Virus record (IMG/VR): IMGVR_UViG_3300020349_000009
Length of the DNA stretch: 64,000 nucleotides
From: an uncultured virus (IMG/VR IMGVR_UViG_3300020349_000009)
Lineage: Duplodnaviria > Heunggongvirae > Uroviricota > Caudoviricetes
Direction: 5' to 3' (one strand)
Shown here piece after piece: positions 39,141 through 48,917 of this stretch. Within the stretch, counting starts at the first letter, position 1. The number at the start of each line of letters is the position of its first letter. The translations under genes and the position numbers were made by a program. A model generated the notes under the pieces. That model ran no database searches, was not told the origin of the DNA, and saw nothing but the letters and a program-made list of their open reading frames with translations.

Positions 39141-39434
39141 AGGCTACCTGATTTTTATCTCAGCCCCTTACACAATCATATAAACCTAGAGGCCACCTTT
39201 TAAGTTCAAGCCCTTATGATGTTTAGCTAACATTATAGCCACCTTGAAAGACTAAAAGCCCCAAAAGGAGAGCGACAAAATGACAGAACAAGTAGAGCAA
39301 CAAGAAGTAGATGAACCAAAAGCAAATCCGTATAATAAGGAAAAGTCTTGGCACACGCCAGACGCTCCCAATAAAGGACACGCTGATTCTTTATTCTTTA
39401 ATGATTCTCAACAGGCCACCTCGGAAGAAGCCCC
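39141..39434 (+). repeat. Four copies of a GCYACC-N-AGCCC motif around the scaffold start
   Basis: Copies near 39142, 39191, 39237 and 39414. Confidence 0.65.
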
Positions 39435-40134
39435 TGAAGAAGAAGCACCGAAGAAAACAAGAACTAACTATAAAAAACGATACGATGATTTAAAAAAGCA
39501 CTACGATGAAAAGGTAGCTAACTTTAAACAAAAAGAAGCTGAACTGACAGCAGCAGCGAATAGTAGAGGGGACTCTGACTACGCTCCGCCTAGAAGCCCA
39601 GAAGATCTTGAAGCGTTTAGACAACAGTACCCTGACTTGTACGAGACTGTAGAAACTGTAGCGCACATGCGTACCGCAGAAGAAACAGAAGCTTTGCGTC
39701 AGCAATTAAGTGTTCTTCAACAACGAGAACAAGGAATTGCACGTAAAGAAGCTGAAGCCTCTCTACAAGATCGTCATCCTGATTTTAATGAAATTAGGCA
39801 GGACGATAACTTTCATGCTTGGGCAGAGACTCAACCAGATCAAATTCAAGGTTGGATCTACAAGAACCCAGACAATGTAGAGCTTGCAATTAAAGCTATT
39901 GATCTTTATAAGCTAGAAGCTGGCATCACTACTAAAAGCCCTAGACGTACTGCATCCAAGTCGCAATCTTCTGGATCTGCCGCAGACATGGTATCTACTC
40001 GAACAACTTCGATAGATTCTAAAGAGCCAAAGATCTGGACACGGAAAGAAATTAACTCTCTTTCTATGGCCGACTATGACAAGTATGAACAAGAAATAGA
40101 TCAAGCCATTATGGAAGGAAGAGTTGTTTCTTAA
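39280..40134 (+). CDS. Capsid scaffolding protein (module B)
   Basis: YKKRYDDLKKH, HPDF..I.....F..W, C-terminal I..A..EGR; directly before the capsid gene. Confidence 0.8.
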   Translation: MTEQVEQQEVDEPKANPYNKEKSWHTPDAPNKGHADSLFFNDSQQATSEEAPEEEAPKKTRTNYKKRYDDLKKHYDEKVANFKQKEAELTAAANSRGDSDYAPPRSPEDLEAFRQQYPDLYETVETVAHMRTAEETEALRQQLSVLQQREQGIARKEAEASLQDRHPDFNEIRQDDNFHAWAETQPDQIQGWIYKNPDNVELAIKAIDLYKLEAGITTKSPRRTASKSQSSGSAADMVSTRTTSIDSKEPKIWTRKEINSLSMADYDKYEQEIDQAIMEGRVVS

Positions 40135-40168
40135 AACTTTTAACTCTTTTATATAAGGAAACATTATC

Positions 40169-41170
40169 ATGGCTAAATTTCAGAACTCCACTGCTGCCAA
40201 TAGCAACTTTAATATGGGTACAGCAGGTCAAACTAACGGTTTCTTCTTACCAGAAGTCTACTCGAAAAAAGTACAAAACTTTTTCCGTAAAGCTTCGGTA
40301 GCTGAAGCAATTACAAACACTGACTATGCAGGCGAAATCTCTGCGTTCGGTGATTCTGTAAACATTATCAAAGAACCAACTATCAGCGTAAGTGCTTATT
40401 TGCGAAATAGTGATGTAACTGAAACTCGTCTTACTGACGCAGAAACTCAGTTAGTTGTTGATCAAGCTAACGCATTTAAATTTATCGTAGACGACATTGA
40501 AACTAAAATGTCTCACGTAAACTTTAAAGAAGTTGCTTCGTCTTCAGCAGCATATGCTCTTAAAGATGAGTTTGATAAAAACATCTTAACTGCTATGTTA
40601 GCAGGCGCTAGTGGCTCTTTCACACCTCATGGCGGATCAGGCACTTCTGATCACATCATCGGTGATGATGCTGCTCACAGTAACGGTGGTAGCTTAGCGC
40701 AAGGCGCTGCTCCAATTGATGTTGGTTTTAACACTGACGAAACAGATCCTCTTGATCTTTTAGCTCGTATGGCTCGACTTCTTGATGAGCAAAACGTACC
40801 AGAAGAAGGACGTTACTTTGTAGCAGCTCCTGAGTTCTACGAGATCTTAGGTCAGTCTGGTTCTAAGTTAATGTCTGTAGACTTTAACGCAGGCCAAGGC
40901 TCTATCCGTAATGGTCTAGTAAGCTCTGGCAAGTTGCGTGGCTTTGAAATGTATAAGTCTAATAACATCCCTGCTACATCTACTGGCGGTGTTGTTAAGC
41001 AAGTACTAGCAGGTCACATGTCTGCTGTTGCTACAGCGCAGAGCATCACAAGCACAGAGGTTCTTCGTGATCCTACTAGCTTTGGTGACATCTGTCGAGG
41101 CTTACATGTCTTCGGTCGTAAAGTATTAAGACCAGAAGCATTAATTAAAGCTTTCTACAGCACAGACTAA
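40169..41170 (+). CDS. Major capsid protein, non-T7 type (module B)
   Basis: FLPEVYSKKV..FFRK, ITNTDY.GEI..FGDSV.IIKEP, F.VDDIE, RGLHVFGRKVLRPEAL. Confidence 0.92.
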   Translation: MAKFQNSTAANSNFNMGTAGQTNGFFLPEVYSKKVQNFFRKASVAEAITNTDYAGEISAFGDSVNIIKEPTISVSAYLRNSDVTETRLTDAETQLVVDQANAFKFIVDDIETKMSHVNFKEVASSSAAYALKDEFDKNILTAMLAGASGSFTPHGGSGTSDHIIGDDAAHSNGGSLAQGAAPIDVGFNTDETDPLDLLARMARLLDEQNVPEEGRYFVAAPEFYEILGQSGSKLMSVDFNAGQGSIRNGLVSSGKLRGFEMYKSNNIPATSTGGVVKQVLAGHMSAVATAQSITSTEVLRDPTSFGDICRGLHVFGRKVLRPEALIKAFYSTD

Positions 41171-41188
41171 TAGCAAGTAAATAAACTT

Positions 41189-41216
41189 GAGGGGCGTAAA
41201 AACCCCTCTTGTTTTT
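41189..41216 (+). terminator. Intrinsic terminator after major capsid gene B
   Basis: GAGGGG-CGTAAAAA-CCCCTC-TTGTTTTT. Confidence 0.75.
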
Positions 41217-41231
41217 AAACAGGAGTAAAGA

Positions 41232-41390
41232 ATGCCAGCAATAGCAAGTGTAAAAGAACCACTTAGAGTAGGAAGCAAACAAAGAGTAAGAGTAAACTCT
41301 AAGTCATTTAGTGGCGAAGCAAAACAAAAGTACGATAATAATTACGACAGAATTTTCAACAACACGAAGAAAACAAAAGAGGCTAAGTAA
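41232..41390 (+). CDS. 52-aa basic peptide (…GSKQR…YDNNYDRIF…)
   Basis: Hand translation; AGGAG RBS; stop abuts the next ATG. Confidence 0.65.
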   Translation: MPAIASVKEPLRVGSKQRVRVNSKSFSGEAKQKYDNNYDRIFNNTKKTKEAK

Positions 41391-42161
41391 ATGGCAAAGA
41401 CGTTTTTAGAACTTACAAATATTATTCTTCGTGAAATGAATGAAGTAGCTTTGACTGCAAGCACGTTCGTAAATGCAGTAGGCATTCAACAACATATAAA
41501 AGACTGCATAAACAGATCTTATTTAGATATTATACTAGACGAACCTCAATGGCCTTTCCTTGCATTAGGAGAAAGCGGAGCATCAGACCCTATGTACGGT
41601 AACGTGTCTGTAGACACTGTAGCTGGCACACGCTGGTACGAACTCAAAGCATCAAGCAGCTCGGTTCAAGACGACTACGGCTCTATTGATTGGGATAATT
41701 TTTATCTTACTACAGTAGGCGTAGGTGGAGAAACAGCTCCCTACGTTTCTAAGAACTTGCACTTTGCAACTACAGAAGATTGGACTCGCTTTAGACGAGA
41801 AACTGAAAACGCAGACGATGCAGACCAAGCGGTAGGTGGCGAGCCTACTCACGTTATACGCAGTCCAGACTCTAGGAAGTTTGGCCTTAGTCCTATCCCC
41901 GATAAAGCTTATAAAGTATGGTTCTTTGCGTGGACGCAACCTACAGAGCTTTCTAACTATACTGATACTCTTGTCATACCAGACACTTATACTAACGTAG
42001 TTTTAGCAAAAGCTCGTTACTACTGTTGGCAGTTTAAAGACAATCCTCAAGCAGCTTCTTTTGCTTTGGAAGACTATTTAAAGTCATACGATCAAATGCG
42101 CTCTAACTTACTAGAACCTACGCCTACCTATATTACAGACGACAGAGTGAGATTTATTTAA
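41391..42161 (+). CDS. Head-tail adaptor / tail tubular A equivalent (module B)
   Basis: TFLELTN.ILREMNE, WPF, SPIPDKAY; synteny. Confidence 0.75.
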   Translation: MAKTFLELTNIILREMNEVALTASTFVNAVGIQQHIKDCINRSYLDIILDEPQWPFLALGESGASDPMYGNVSVDTVAGTRWYELKASSSSVQDDYGSIDWDNFYLTTVGVGGETAPYVSKNLHFATTEDWTRFRRETENADDADQAVGGEPTHVIRSPDSRKFGLSPIPDKAYKVWFFAWTQPTELSNYTDTLVIPDTYTNVVLAKARYYCWQFKDNPQAASFALEDYLKSYDQMRSNLLEPTPTYITDDRVRFI

Positions 42162-42162
42162 G

Positions 42163-43881
42163 ATGGCGCAAACTCAACCGTTTGGCTTTGCTTGTAAAGG
42201 CGGCCTTGACATTAACCAAAGTCAGTTTATGCTTCAAGCAGAAGCAGGTACGGCTGTAGAGTTAGTTAATTTTGAAATAGATACTGATGGTGGTTATAGA
42301 AGAATAAACGGTCATTTAGGAATTGGCACGACTGCTTCTCCAAACACAGGCAGAATACTAGATTATACAGATTCAAATGCTGTAAAAACAGACAAGATAT
42401 TAGGCATTACAGGCTATGCTGCTGGAGGCGTTGCTGCTTCAGGCACTAACTTATATTTTGTATCAAGAGCAGATTCTGGAACTTTGTGGGTTCCGTTAAA
42501 CAGAATATCATCTGTGTCAACACTTAGTTATTCTACGCATACAGGATTTCTATCAACTAATCCAAATCCTAGAACAAACCAAGAAAAGATTCATTTTAAA
42601 CACTTTGAAGGCTCTTTAGCTGGCAACGGATCGCTTGTTGTTTGTGATGGAGTAAACAATCCTGTAGTCATTGAAATAACAGGAGGCAGTAATCACAATA
42701 TAAATTCTTTATCAAGAACTTATGCCTACACTGAAATTCCAGTAGGCAGAGCAAGAACTGATACTGACAACAACATACATCCTCAGTTTTCTGAAGTGCA
42801 TCAAACAAGATTATTAGTATCAGGAGATCCTAGTACTCCTAACACAGTTTACTACTCAAGTGTTAATTTTCAAAATACAGATGATTGCAACGGTGGCTCA
42901 GTTACAGTTGAAGATAAAGTAACAGGTCTTAAATCGTTTAGGGGCGATGTTATTATCTTTTGCGAAAATAGTATATACAGACTTAAAAGTTTAGGGGACG
43001 CAACCAATCAATTAGTCGAGCCTGTCTCAAAAAATATAGGTTGCCTTGATTTCCAGACTATTCAAGAAGTAGGCGGTGACTTAGTGTTCTTAGCTCCTGA
43101 CGGAATAAGAACTCTTGCAGGCACAGAAAAAATAGGCGACACTGAATTAGGGTCTGTAAGCCGCCAGATACAGACTTTAGTCAGAGACAACATCGTAAAA
43201 AAATTAAATACTTTAACACTTGCAAGCGTAGTAATAAAAGAAAAAGCGCAGTATCGTTTGTTCTATACAGCAAAAACTGGAGAAGATCCGTCAGGTAGTA
43301 AAGGAATAATTGGAACTATTACAAACGAAGGCTTTGTATGGTCAGAGACTTTAGGCATACAATGCACTGCTATTGAATCTGTGTTTGATCCTGTTACTGG
43401 ACTAGAGACAGTTTATCATGGCGACAAAGACGGTTATATTTATACTCATGAGTTTGGAAATGATTTCTATAATGCAGGCACGAAAAAAACTATTTTTGCA
43501 GCTTATAAGACACCTTTCTTAGATTTTGGAGATGCAGGAACAAGAAAGACTTTAAACTACTTAAAGATTTCAATGCGTCCAGAAGGGAACGTCCAGCCTA
43601 CTTTGCGTATACGCTACGACAACTCAGTAGCTCACATACCACAGCCTGACAATATAATAATGGACACAGTTCCTGCTCCTGCTGAATTTGGAGTAGCTGT
43701 TTTTGAAAACGCACCAAACGTAGCGGGCAATATTTATGGTGGCACAGCAGATCCTTTAGTAAGGCAGTCTGTTCAAGGAAGCGGTTATACAATGAACTTT
43801 AGATTGTTTAGCGATGACAATAACGACTCTTACACAATTAACGGCATATATGCGGATTACTATCCGTCTGGAAGGAGATAA
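42163..43881 (+). CDS. Tail nozzle / stabilisation protein (module B)
   Basis: GGL, NFE..DGGYRRING, NIGC....IQE.GGDL.FLAPDGIRT beta-propeller-like motifs; synteny. Confidence 0.75.
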   Translation: MAQTQPFGFACKGGLDINQSQFMLQAEAGTAVELVNFEIDTDGGYRRINGHLGIGTTASPNTGRILDYTDSNAVKTDKILGITGYAAGGVAASGTNLYFVSRADSGTLWVPLNRISSVSTLSYSTHTGFLSTNPNPRTNQEKIHFKHFEGSLAGNGSLVVCDGVNNPVVIEITGGSNHNINSLSRTYAYTEIPVGRARTDTDNNIHPQFSEVHQTRLLVSGDPSTPNTVYYSSVNFQNTDDCNGGSVTVEDKVTGLKSFRGDVIIFCENSIYRLKSLGDATNQLVEPVSKNIGCLDFQTIQEVGGDLVFLAPDGIRTLAGTEKIGDTELGSVSRQIQTLVRDNIVKKLNTLTLASVVIKEKAQYRLFYTAKTGEDPSGSKGIIGTITNEGFVWSETLGIQCTAIESVFDPVTGLETVYHGDKDGYIYTHEFGNDFYNAGTKKTIFAAYKTPFLDFGDAGTRKTLNYLKISMRPEGNVQPTLRIRYDNSVAHIPQPDNIIMDTVPAPAEFGVAVFENAPNVAGNIYGGTADPLVRQSVQGSGYTMNFRLFSDDNNDSYTINGIYADYYPSGRR

Positions 43882-43887
43882 AATAAA

Positions 43888-46800
43888 ATGGCAGGATATT
43901 CACAAATAACGTCAGGCGGTCAATCAGGCTTAGTAGCTGGAGGCGTAATACAGCATACTTTATTTACAGAAGAATTCACAGCAATAGTAAATGCCTTTAA
44001 TGCGACTACAGGCCACACACATGACGGTACTGCTGGCGAAGGCGGCATTATAACTACGTTGCGTTCAAACCCTTTGACCTTTGGTGCTGTTGATACAAAT
44101 GACGTAGTTATTACATTTGAAGGCGGAAGCGGCAATGACGGTGTTCTTACTTGGGATCAAAGCGCAGACAAGTTTATATTTTCAGATACTGTAGACATTG
44201 CAGGAAATCTTAACGTAACAGGCACTGCTGATTTTGGAGAATCTAACTTTACAAATGTAGGCACTATTGCTCTTGATAGTATTAAAGGCGATGAAGATGG
44301 CGACACCTCTATAACCTTCTCAGGCTCTGACGTAATTACAATGAAAACAAGCGACACTACTAGATTCGTTGTAAACAGTGCAGGCGTTGCCGTTACAGGC
44401 ACATCGACATTAACAGGCGCAACGACAGTAGACGGAGACTTGACTGTCTATCATGAAGACTCAGACAGTGATGGCACGGTAGCTGGCCCAACTTTAACAA
44501 TTCAAAGAAAAACAAGCGGTGCGCATCCGCAAGTCAACGATAACTTGGGACAAATTATATTTAAAGGCGAAGATGGGGGCGGTGCTGATACTGATTATAT
44601 TAAACTATTAACGTCAATAGCCGATGCAACTGCTGGCAGTGAAGATGCTAAGTTTGCAATCCAAGGCATAAAAGGCGGAGCAAACAAAAACATTGCGCTG
44701 TTTAGATCAGGCTTAATTAGTTTTGGTCAGCGAAACACCAATGAAAGTCAGCCAGTAGAATTCAATGGCCCTTTTTACAGCAGAGTTGGTGGTTTGTCTG
44801 GAAGTCGTTTTGCTCACAGCGAGCAAGGTTTAAACTTAGAAGGCGCATACACTGTCCCAATTAAGAACTCACGGACAATAGACACTATCACCAATACGTC
44901 TGCTGGAACAGCTTGCCTAGTAACAACTGATCTTGATCATGGCTTTTCAGACAATATGCTTTTGTATGTCGATAACACAACCATTGATATACTAGATGGC
45001 AAAAGCTTTTTTATAATGACAGTTGCTGGTCAGCCTAAACAACTTACTCTTCATAACGCTTACGATGGCGCAGATCCTCAACACTCTGGAGCTGCGTCAA
45101 CAACTGGCAACATTGGTGGCTTAGGTTATGGTTTAAGAATACACAATACTCAAACTGATTCTAACCACGAGCAAGATTGCCACATTGAACTAGGCGGCAA
45201 TGATGATGTATTTATTGATCTTAAAAAACCAAATGACAATGACTATGATTTACGGGTAGCACACCTCAGTGATAACGTAAGCTATGTGTCATCAAAAACA
45301 GGCCACTTAGTATTAAAAACAGAAACAAATGGCTCGTCTGTTTTGCTCCAGCACGAAGGCCCAAACACTAAACTACAAACTACTGACACTGGTGTAACCG
45401 TAACAGGCACTGTAACCGCTGACGCTCTTACAATGGGTGATAATGAAAAGATTACTCTTGGAGCTGGCGGTGATTTAGAAATTTATCATAATGGTTTAAA
45501 CTCTGTTATTGAAGAAAAAGGAACTGGTAATCTTTTTATCAAAGGAACTGATCTTATTTTAGAAGACACAAGCGGTAATAAATTCTTCAAAGCTGTGTCA
45601 GGAGGCGCAGTACAACTTTGGCACAATTCGGCTAGTCATACCGATTCTAAATTAAGTACCACAGATACAGGTATAGACGTAACTGGCGAAGTTAAGGGCG
45701 ACAGCTTAGACATTGACGGCAATTCAGCGCTTACTGGCACAGTCACGATTGATCCACCCTTAGTTAAAAGCGCACCGCAAGGGCTTGGTGCTAAAGGCGT
45801 TATTATGAAGCAGGGCGACTTGCGAATGAAGGTCGATGGTAATTATGATGCAACTAATGCCACAGACGTACTAGGCGGCTCACTGCAAAATAACTCAAGG
45901 ATTATCTTTGACTCAGAGCAACACGAACATATTCAATATGAAGGTAAAGGCTATCAAAAACCCGCATTTGTTATACAGGCAAATTATGATGCGTCAAATA
46001 CAGCTTATGGTAGCGTAGGAACTGATGCCCAAGCATACTTAAACGCAAACATATCGCAGTTAGGCAACGGTGATTTAACTATAAGCTCTGGCAAGTTGCA
46101 TTTAAGAGGTAAACTTTCCACCGACACCAGCACCGCTGATGGCAAAGTAGCAGGAGACGGCTATTTAGAACACGAATCTTACATGGCTATTACAATAGAT
46201 GGCGATGCAACAAACGGTACACTTACTAATTTACATTTTGGTAAAGCTACCAACAGCACTCAAAACATAAGACTACAACCCAGTGCGGGCGGCATTATTG
46301 TTGAGGGCATGGGAACTGCTGGGTCGCCTACAGCTTCCAAAGATAATAGCGGAACAATCGGCACATTTGATGATGAAGACTTATTAACTTTAGCAAATCA
46401 AAAACTAACAATCAAAGGCGACACTACTGCTGGAGGCATTGGAGACAGTGATCATGCTTTAGTTGTTGAAGGTGCTGTTACGATAAAAGGCACTAGCGAT
46501 GGCGGCCAGTTAATTATTGAAAATTCTGGAACTTCAGGCAGCGACAACCCCGACATTGTTTTGTTTAATAACAACACAGGCAGCGGTGCTGACGGTGACA
46601 AGTTAGGCGGATTGCACTTCTATGGCAAAGACAGTGCAGGCAACCACACTAACTATGGCAATATTGTTGCAGAAATAGTTGAGTCTCAGGATGGCTCTAC
46701 AGAGGCAGGTAAAATTGTCATTAGACCACGAACAGCAGATAGTGCTGGAACAGATATTTTGACCATAGGCGGGACAGAGGTTCAAGTACCTGACGACATA

Positions 46801-47721
46801 AAAATGGCGTTTGGAGATAACAGTGATTTAGTCATTAGCCATAAGTCTGCCAATGGTAATTCTGTTATCAAAGAAAGTGGCTCAGGCAACCTTATACTTC
46901 AAGCAGATGATCTTACTTTAGAAGATACAAACAGCAACCATTTTATAAAAGGCGTTGAAGGCGGGGCAGTGCAAATCTGGCACAATGCGGCTAGCTATGC
47001 TACGGCAAAACTAGCTACTACAGCTACAGGTATAGATGTAAACGGCACTGTAAGTGCTGATGGAGTTGCTTTAGCCGATAGTAAAATAGCTGGTTTTGGT
47101 ACTTCTGAGGATAGAGGGCTTAGCTACAATAATATTGCTCTAGGTAATCATTTTGACTTAGAAATATATCACGATGGTGTTAATAGCTATGTAAGAGATT
47201 TTGGCTCTGGTAATCTTGCTATACAAGGTACTGACGTATCTATAAGAGACAACTCTGGTAATAGACGAGTTTATGCCGTTGATGGCTCTACTGGTAAGAC
47301 TTTCCTTTATTATGGCAATGATTCTACTGCTAAATTAACTACTGAAGCTACAGGTATAGACGTTAATGGCACTGTGACTGCTTCTTCTTTAACGGCCAGT
47401 TTAACTGTAGCGGTTGAAAGCGCAGCTAAAGATGCCACAGCAATGACAGCTCTTATTGGCAAACGAATCATACACACAGGCGGAGCAGTAGCTTATACAA
47501 TGCCTGACGTTGGTGCTGGTGACGTAGGAAAAACATGGACTATTATGAATAACGGAACTGGTTCTTTGACTATTAATCGAACAACAAACTCTGAGTTCTT
47601 TGAATTAGTAGCAGGCCTAACAAGCTCAGCAACTACGTCTATAACTTTAGTTAAAGGTGGTGCGGCTGAGTTTATTGTTCAAGAAGCTAATAAAATTGTA
47701 GTTGTCGGTTCTGGGATCTAA
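43888..47721 (+). CDS. Tail fibre protein (module B)
   Basis: EF.AI..AF....GHTHDG..GEGG N-terminus; TGIDV.G.V and DLEIYH.G.NS repeats. Confidence 0.85.
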   Translation: MAGYSQITSGGQSGLVAGGVIQHTLFTEEFTAIVNAFNATTGHTHDGTAGEGGIITTLRSNPLTFGAVDTNDVVITFEGGSGNDGVLTWDQSADKFIFSDTVDIAGNLNVTGTADFGESNFTNVGTIALDSIKGDEDGDTSITFSGSDVITMKTSDTTRFVVNSAGVAVTGTSTLTGATTVDGDLTVYHEDSDSDGTVAGPTLTIQRKTSGAHPQVNDNLGQIIFKGEDGGGADTDYIKLLTSIADATAGSEDAKFAIQGIKGGANKNIALFRSGLISFGQRNTNESQPVEFNGPFYSRVGGLSGSRFAHSEQGLNLEGAYTVPIKNSRTIDTITNTSAGTACLVTTDLDHGFSDNMLLYVDNTTIDILDGKSFFIMTVAGQPKQLTLHNAYDGADPQHSGAASTTGNIGGLGYGLRIHNTQTDSNHEQDCHIELGGNDDVFIDLKKPNDNDYDLRVAHLSDNVSYVSSKTGHLVLKTETNGSSVLLQHEGPNTKLQTTDTGVTVTGTVTADALTMGDNEKITLGAGGDLEIYHNGLNSVIEEKGTGNLFIKGTDLILEDTSGNKFFKAVSGGAVQLWHNSASHTDSKLSTTDTGIDVTGEVKGDSLDIDGNSALTGTVTIDPPLVKSAPQGLGAKGVIMKQGDLRMKVDGNYDATNATDVLGGSLQNNSRIIFDSEQHEHIQYEGKGYQKPAFVIQANYDASNTAYGSVGTDAQAYLNANISQLGNGDLTISSGKLHLRGKLSTDTSTADGKVAGDGYLEHESYMAITIDGDATNGTLTNLHFGKATNSTQNIRLQPSAGGIIVEGMGTAGSPTASKDNSGTIGTFDDEDLLTLANQKLTIKGDTTAGGIGDSDHALVVEGAVTIKGTSDGGQLIIENSGTSGSDNPDIVLFNNNTGSGADGDKLGGLHFYGKDSAGNHTNYGNIVAEIVESQDGSTEAGKIVIRPRTADSAGTDILTIGGTEVQVPDDIKMAFGDNSDLVISHKSANGNSVIKESGSGNLILQADDLTLEDTNSNHFIKGVEGGAVQIWHNAASYATAKLATTATGIDVNGTVSADGVALADSKIAGFGTSEDRGLSYNNIALGNHFDLEIYHDGVNSYVRDFGSGNLAIQGTDVSIRDNSGNRRVYAVDGSTGKTFLYYGNDSTAKLTTEATGIDVNGTVTASSLTASLTVAVESAAKDATAMTALIGKRIIHTGGAVAYTMPDVGAGDVGKTWTIMNNGTGSLTINRTTNSEFFELVAGLTSSATTSITLVKGGAAEFIVQEANKIVVVGSGI

Positions 47722-47730
47722 AGGTTAAAG

Positions 47731-48168
47731 ATGGTAGGAACTACAGGAGTTATTGCAGAAGCGCAACATAAACAAGTATTAACTGTAGGCGTAGTTTCTG
47801 ATAAAATTTTAACTGCTTATGGATTTACAAGATCTACAGGCATGGGTTCAATTAATGATAACAATGTTTATCTTAATGGAGTGTCTTATCGGGTAGAAAA
47901 TTTAAATGCTACAAGCCTTGCAACAAGTTTGTTAGCATTAAAAAGACTAGACGGAACTAATCCAACTACAGGTGACAAGCTTACAGTTTTTGAAAAAGTT
48001 GAAGTTCTTCCGCAGCATGGAACTATTACTACTATACTAGATCCAGCAACTGTCACTTCCTGTTATGTTGCTGGAGATACAATAACTTGGTCATGGGGCT
48101 ACCCAAACAATACTTCATTCGGCACAACAGCAGGAGCTATTAGCTCAATAACTTGGTACGAGCCTTAA
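47731..48168 (+). CDS. Hypothetical, probably fibre-associated protein
   Basis: T/G-rich; directly after the fibre gene. Confidence 0.5.
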   Translation: MVGTTGVIAEAQHKQVLTVGVVSDKILTAYGFTRSTGMGSINDNNVYLNGVSYRVENLNATSLATSLLALKRLDGTNPTTGDKLTVFEKVEVLPQHGTITTILDPATVTSCYVAGDTITWSWGYPNNTSFGTTAGAISSITWYEP

Positions 48169-48169
48169 T

Positions 48170-48694
48170 ATGTATAATTGCACTTTAATAGAAAAAGTTG
48201 ATGATACTATTTTTGAAAGTATCTATCAACAAAACAAAACAAAAATAGATCTTAATATGGGCTTTGCAGGAACAAGCTTTGACACAGACGAGAAAAAAAT
48301 AGAATTAATGAAAATTAATTTTAATGAAAATATAGAAGGTTCTGTTCTTGTTCAAATTGCTAAGCAGTCAGACAATGAAGTTGTAGGATATATTAAAGGC
48401 TTAGGAACTGGAACGACTTTAAAGTTTACAAATGCTGTGTTTAGAGATGATTTAATAGGAGATAGCTACGGAAACGATTTGTTTATAGATACTCATTCTT
48501 TTTGGAAGTCTCTTGGTTTTAAAGAATTAAAAGCCTGTTTAGTTAAAACAGCTACAGAAGTTGTAGAATTTACAAAGAATGAATGTCATCAGCCAGAGCT
48601 ATTTCAATTTAGAGCTGAAGACGAACATCCAAAAGTACATGAAGACGAGGAGTTCCCCGACTTAACTCTTGTAACTTTAAAAATAATTAACTAA
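48170..48694 (+). CDS. Hypothetical protein, weak GNAT-like pattern
   Basis: EVVGYI...V.RDD..G..YG..L......K.LG spacing. Confidence 0.4.
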   Translation: MYNCTLIEKVDDTIFESIYQQNKTKIDLNMGFAGTSFDTDEKKIELMKINFNENIEGSVLVQIAKQSDNEVVGYIKGLGTGTTLKFTNAVFRDDLIGDSYGNDLFIDTHSFWKSLGFKELKACLVKTATEVVEFTKNECHQPELFQFRAEDEHPKVHEDEEFPDLTLVTLKIIN

Positions 48695-48710
48695 AGGTAT
48701 ATATAAAACT

Positions 48711-48896
48711 ATGACAATCAAAGACCTGTTAGCTCGAATAGAAAAGCATGAGGCGGAGTGCGCTATACGCTGGAAGAATGTTGAAGACCAGCTTAAAAGC
48801 GGTGGAGCAAAGATGACACGCCTTGAGACTAGGATCTACGGCTTTAACGCAATACTGCTAACAGGCATTGTTGCAATCTTATTTAAAATAGTTTAA
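48711..48896 (+). CDS. Small coiled-coil protein with C-terminal membrane helix
   Basis: HEAECAIRW...RLE followed by a hydrophobic tail. Confidence 0.6.
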   Translation: MTIKDLLARIEKHEAECAIRWKNVEDQLKSGGAKMTRLETRIYGFNAILLTGIVAILFKIV

Positions 48897-48917
48897 AAGA
48901 ATAAAGGAACTAAACTA

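Noticed and set aside
639..47390. Diversity-generating retroelement or invertible fibre system
   Set aside because: No reverse transcriptase or catalytic invertase; the repeats are short and their mismatches are not adenine-specific
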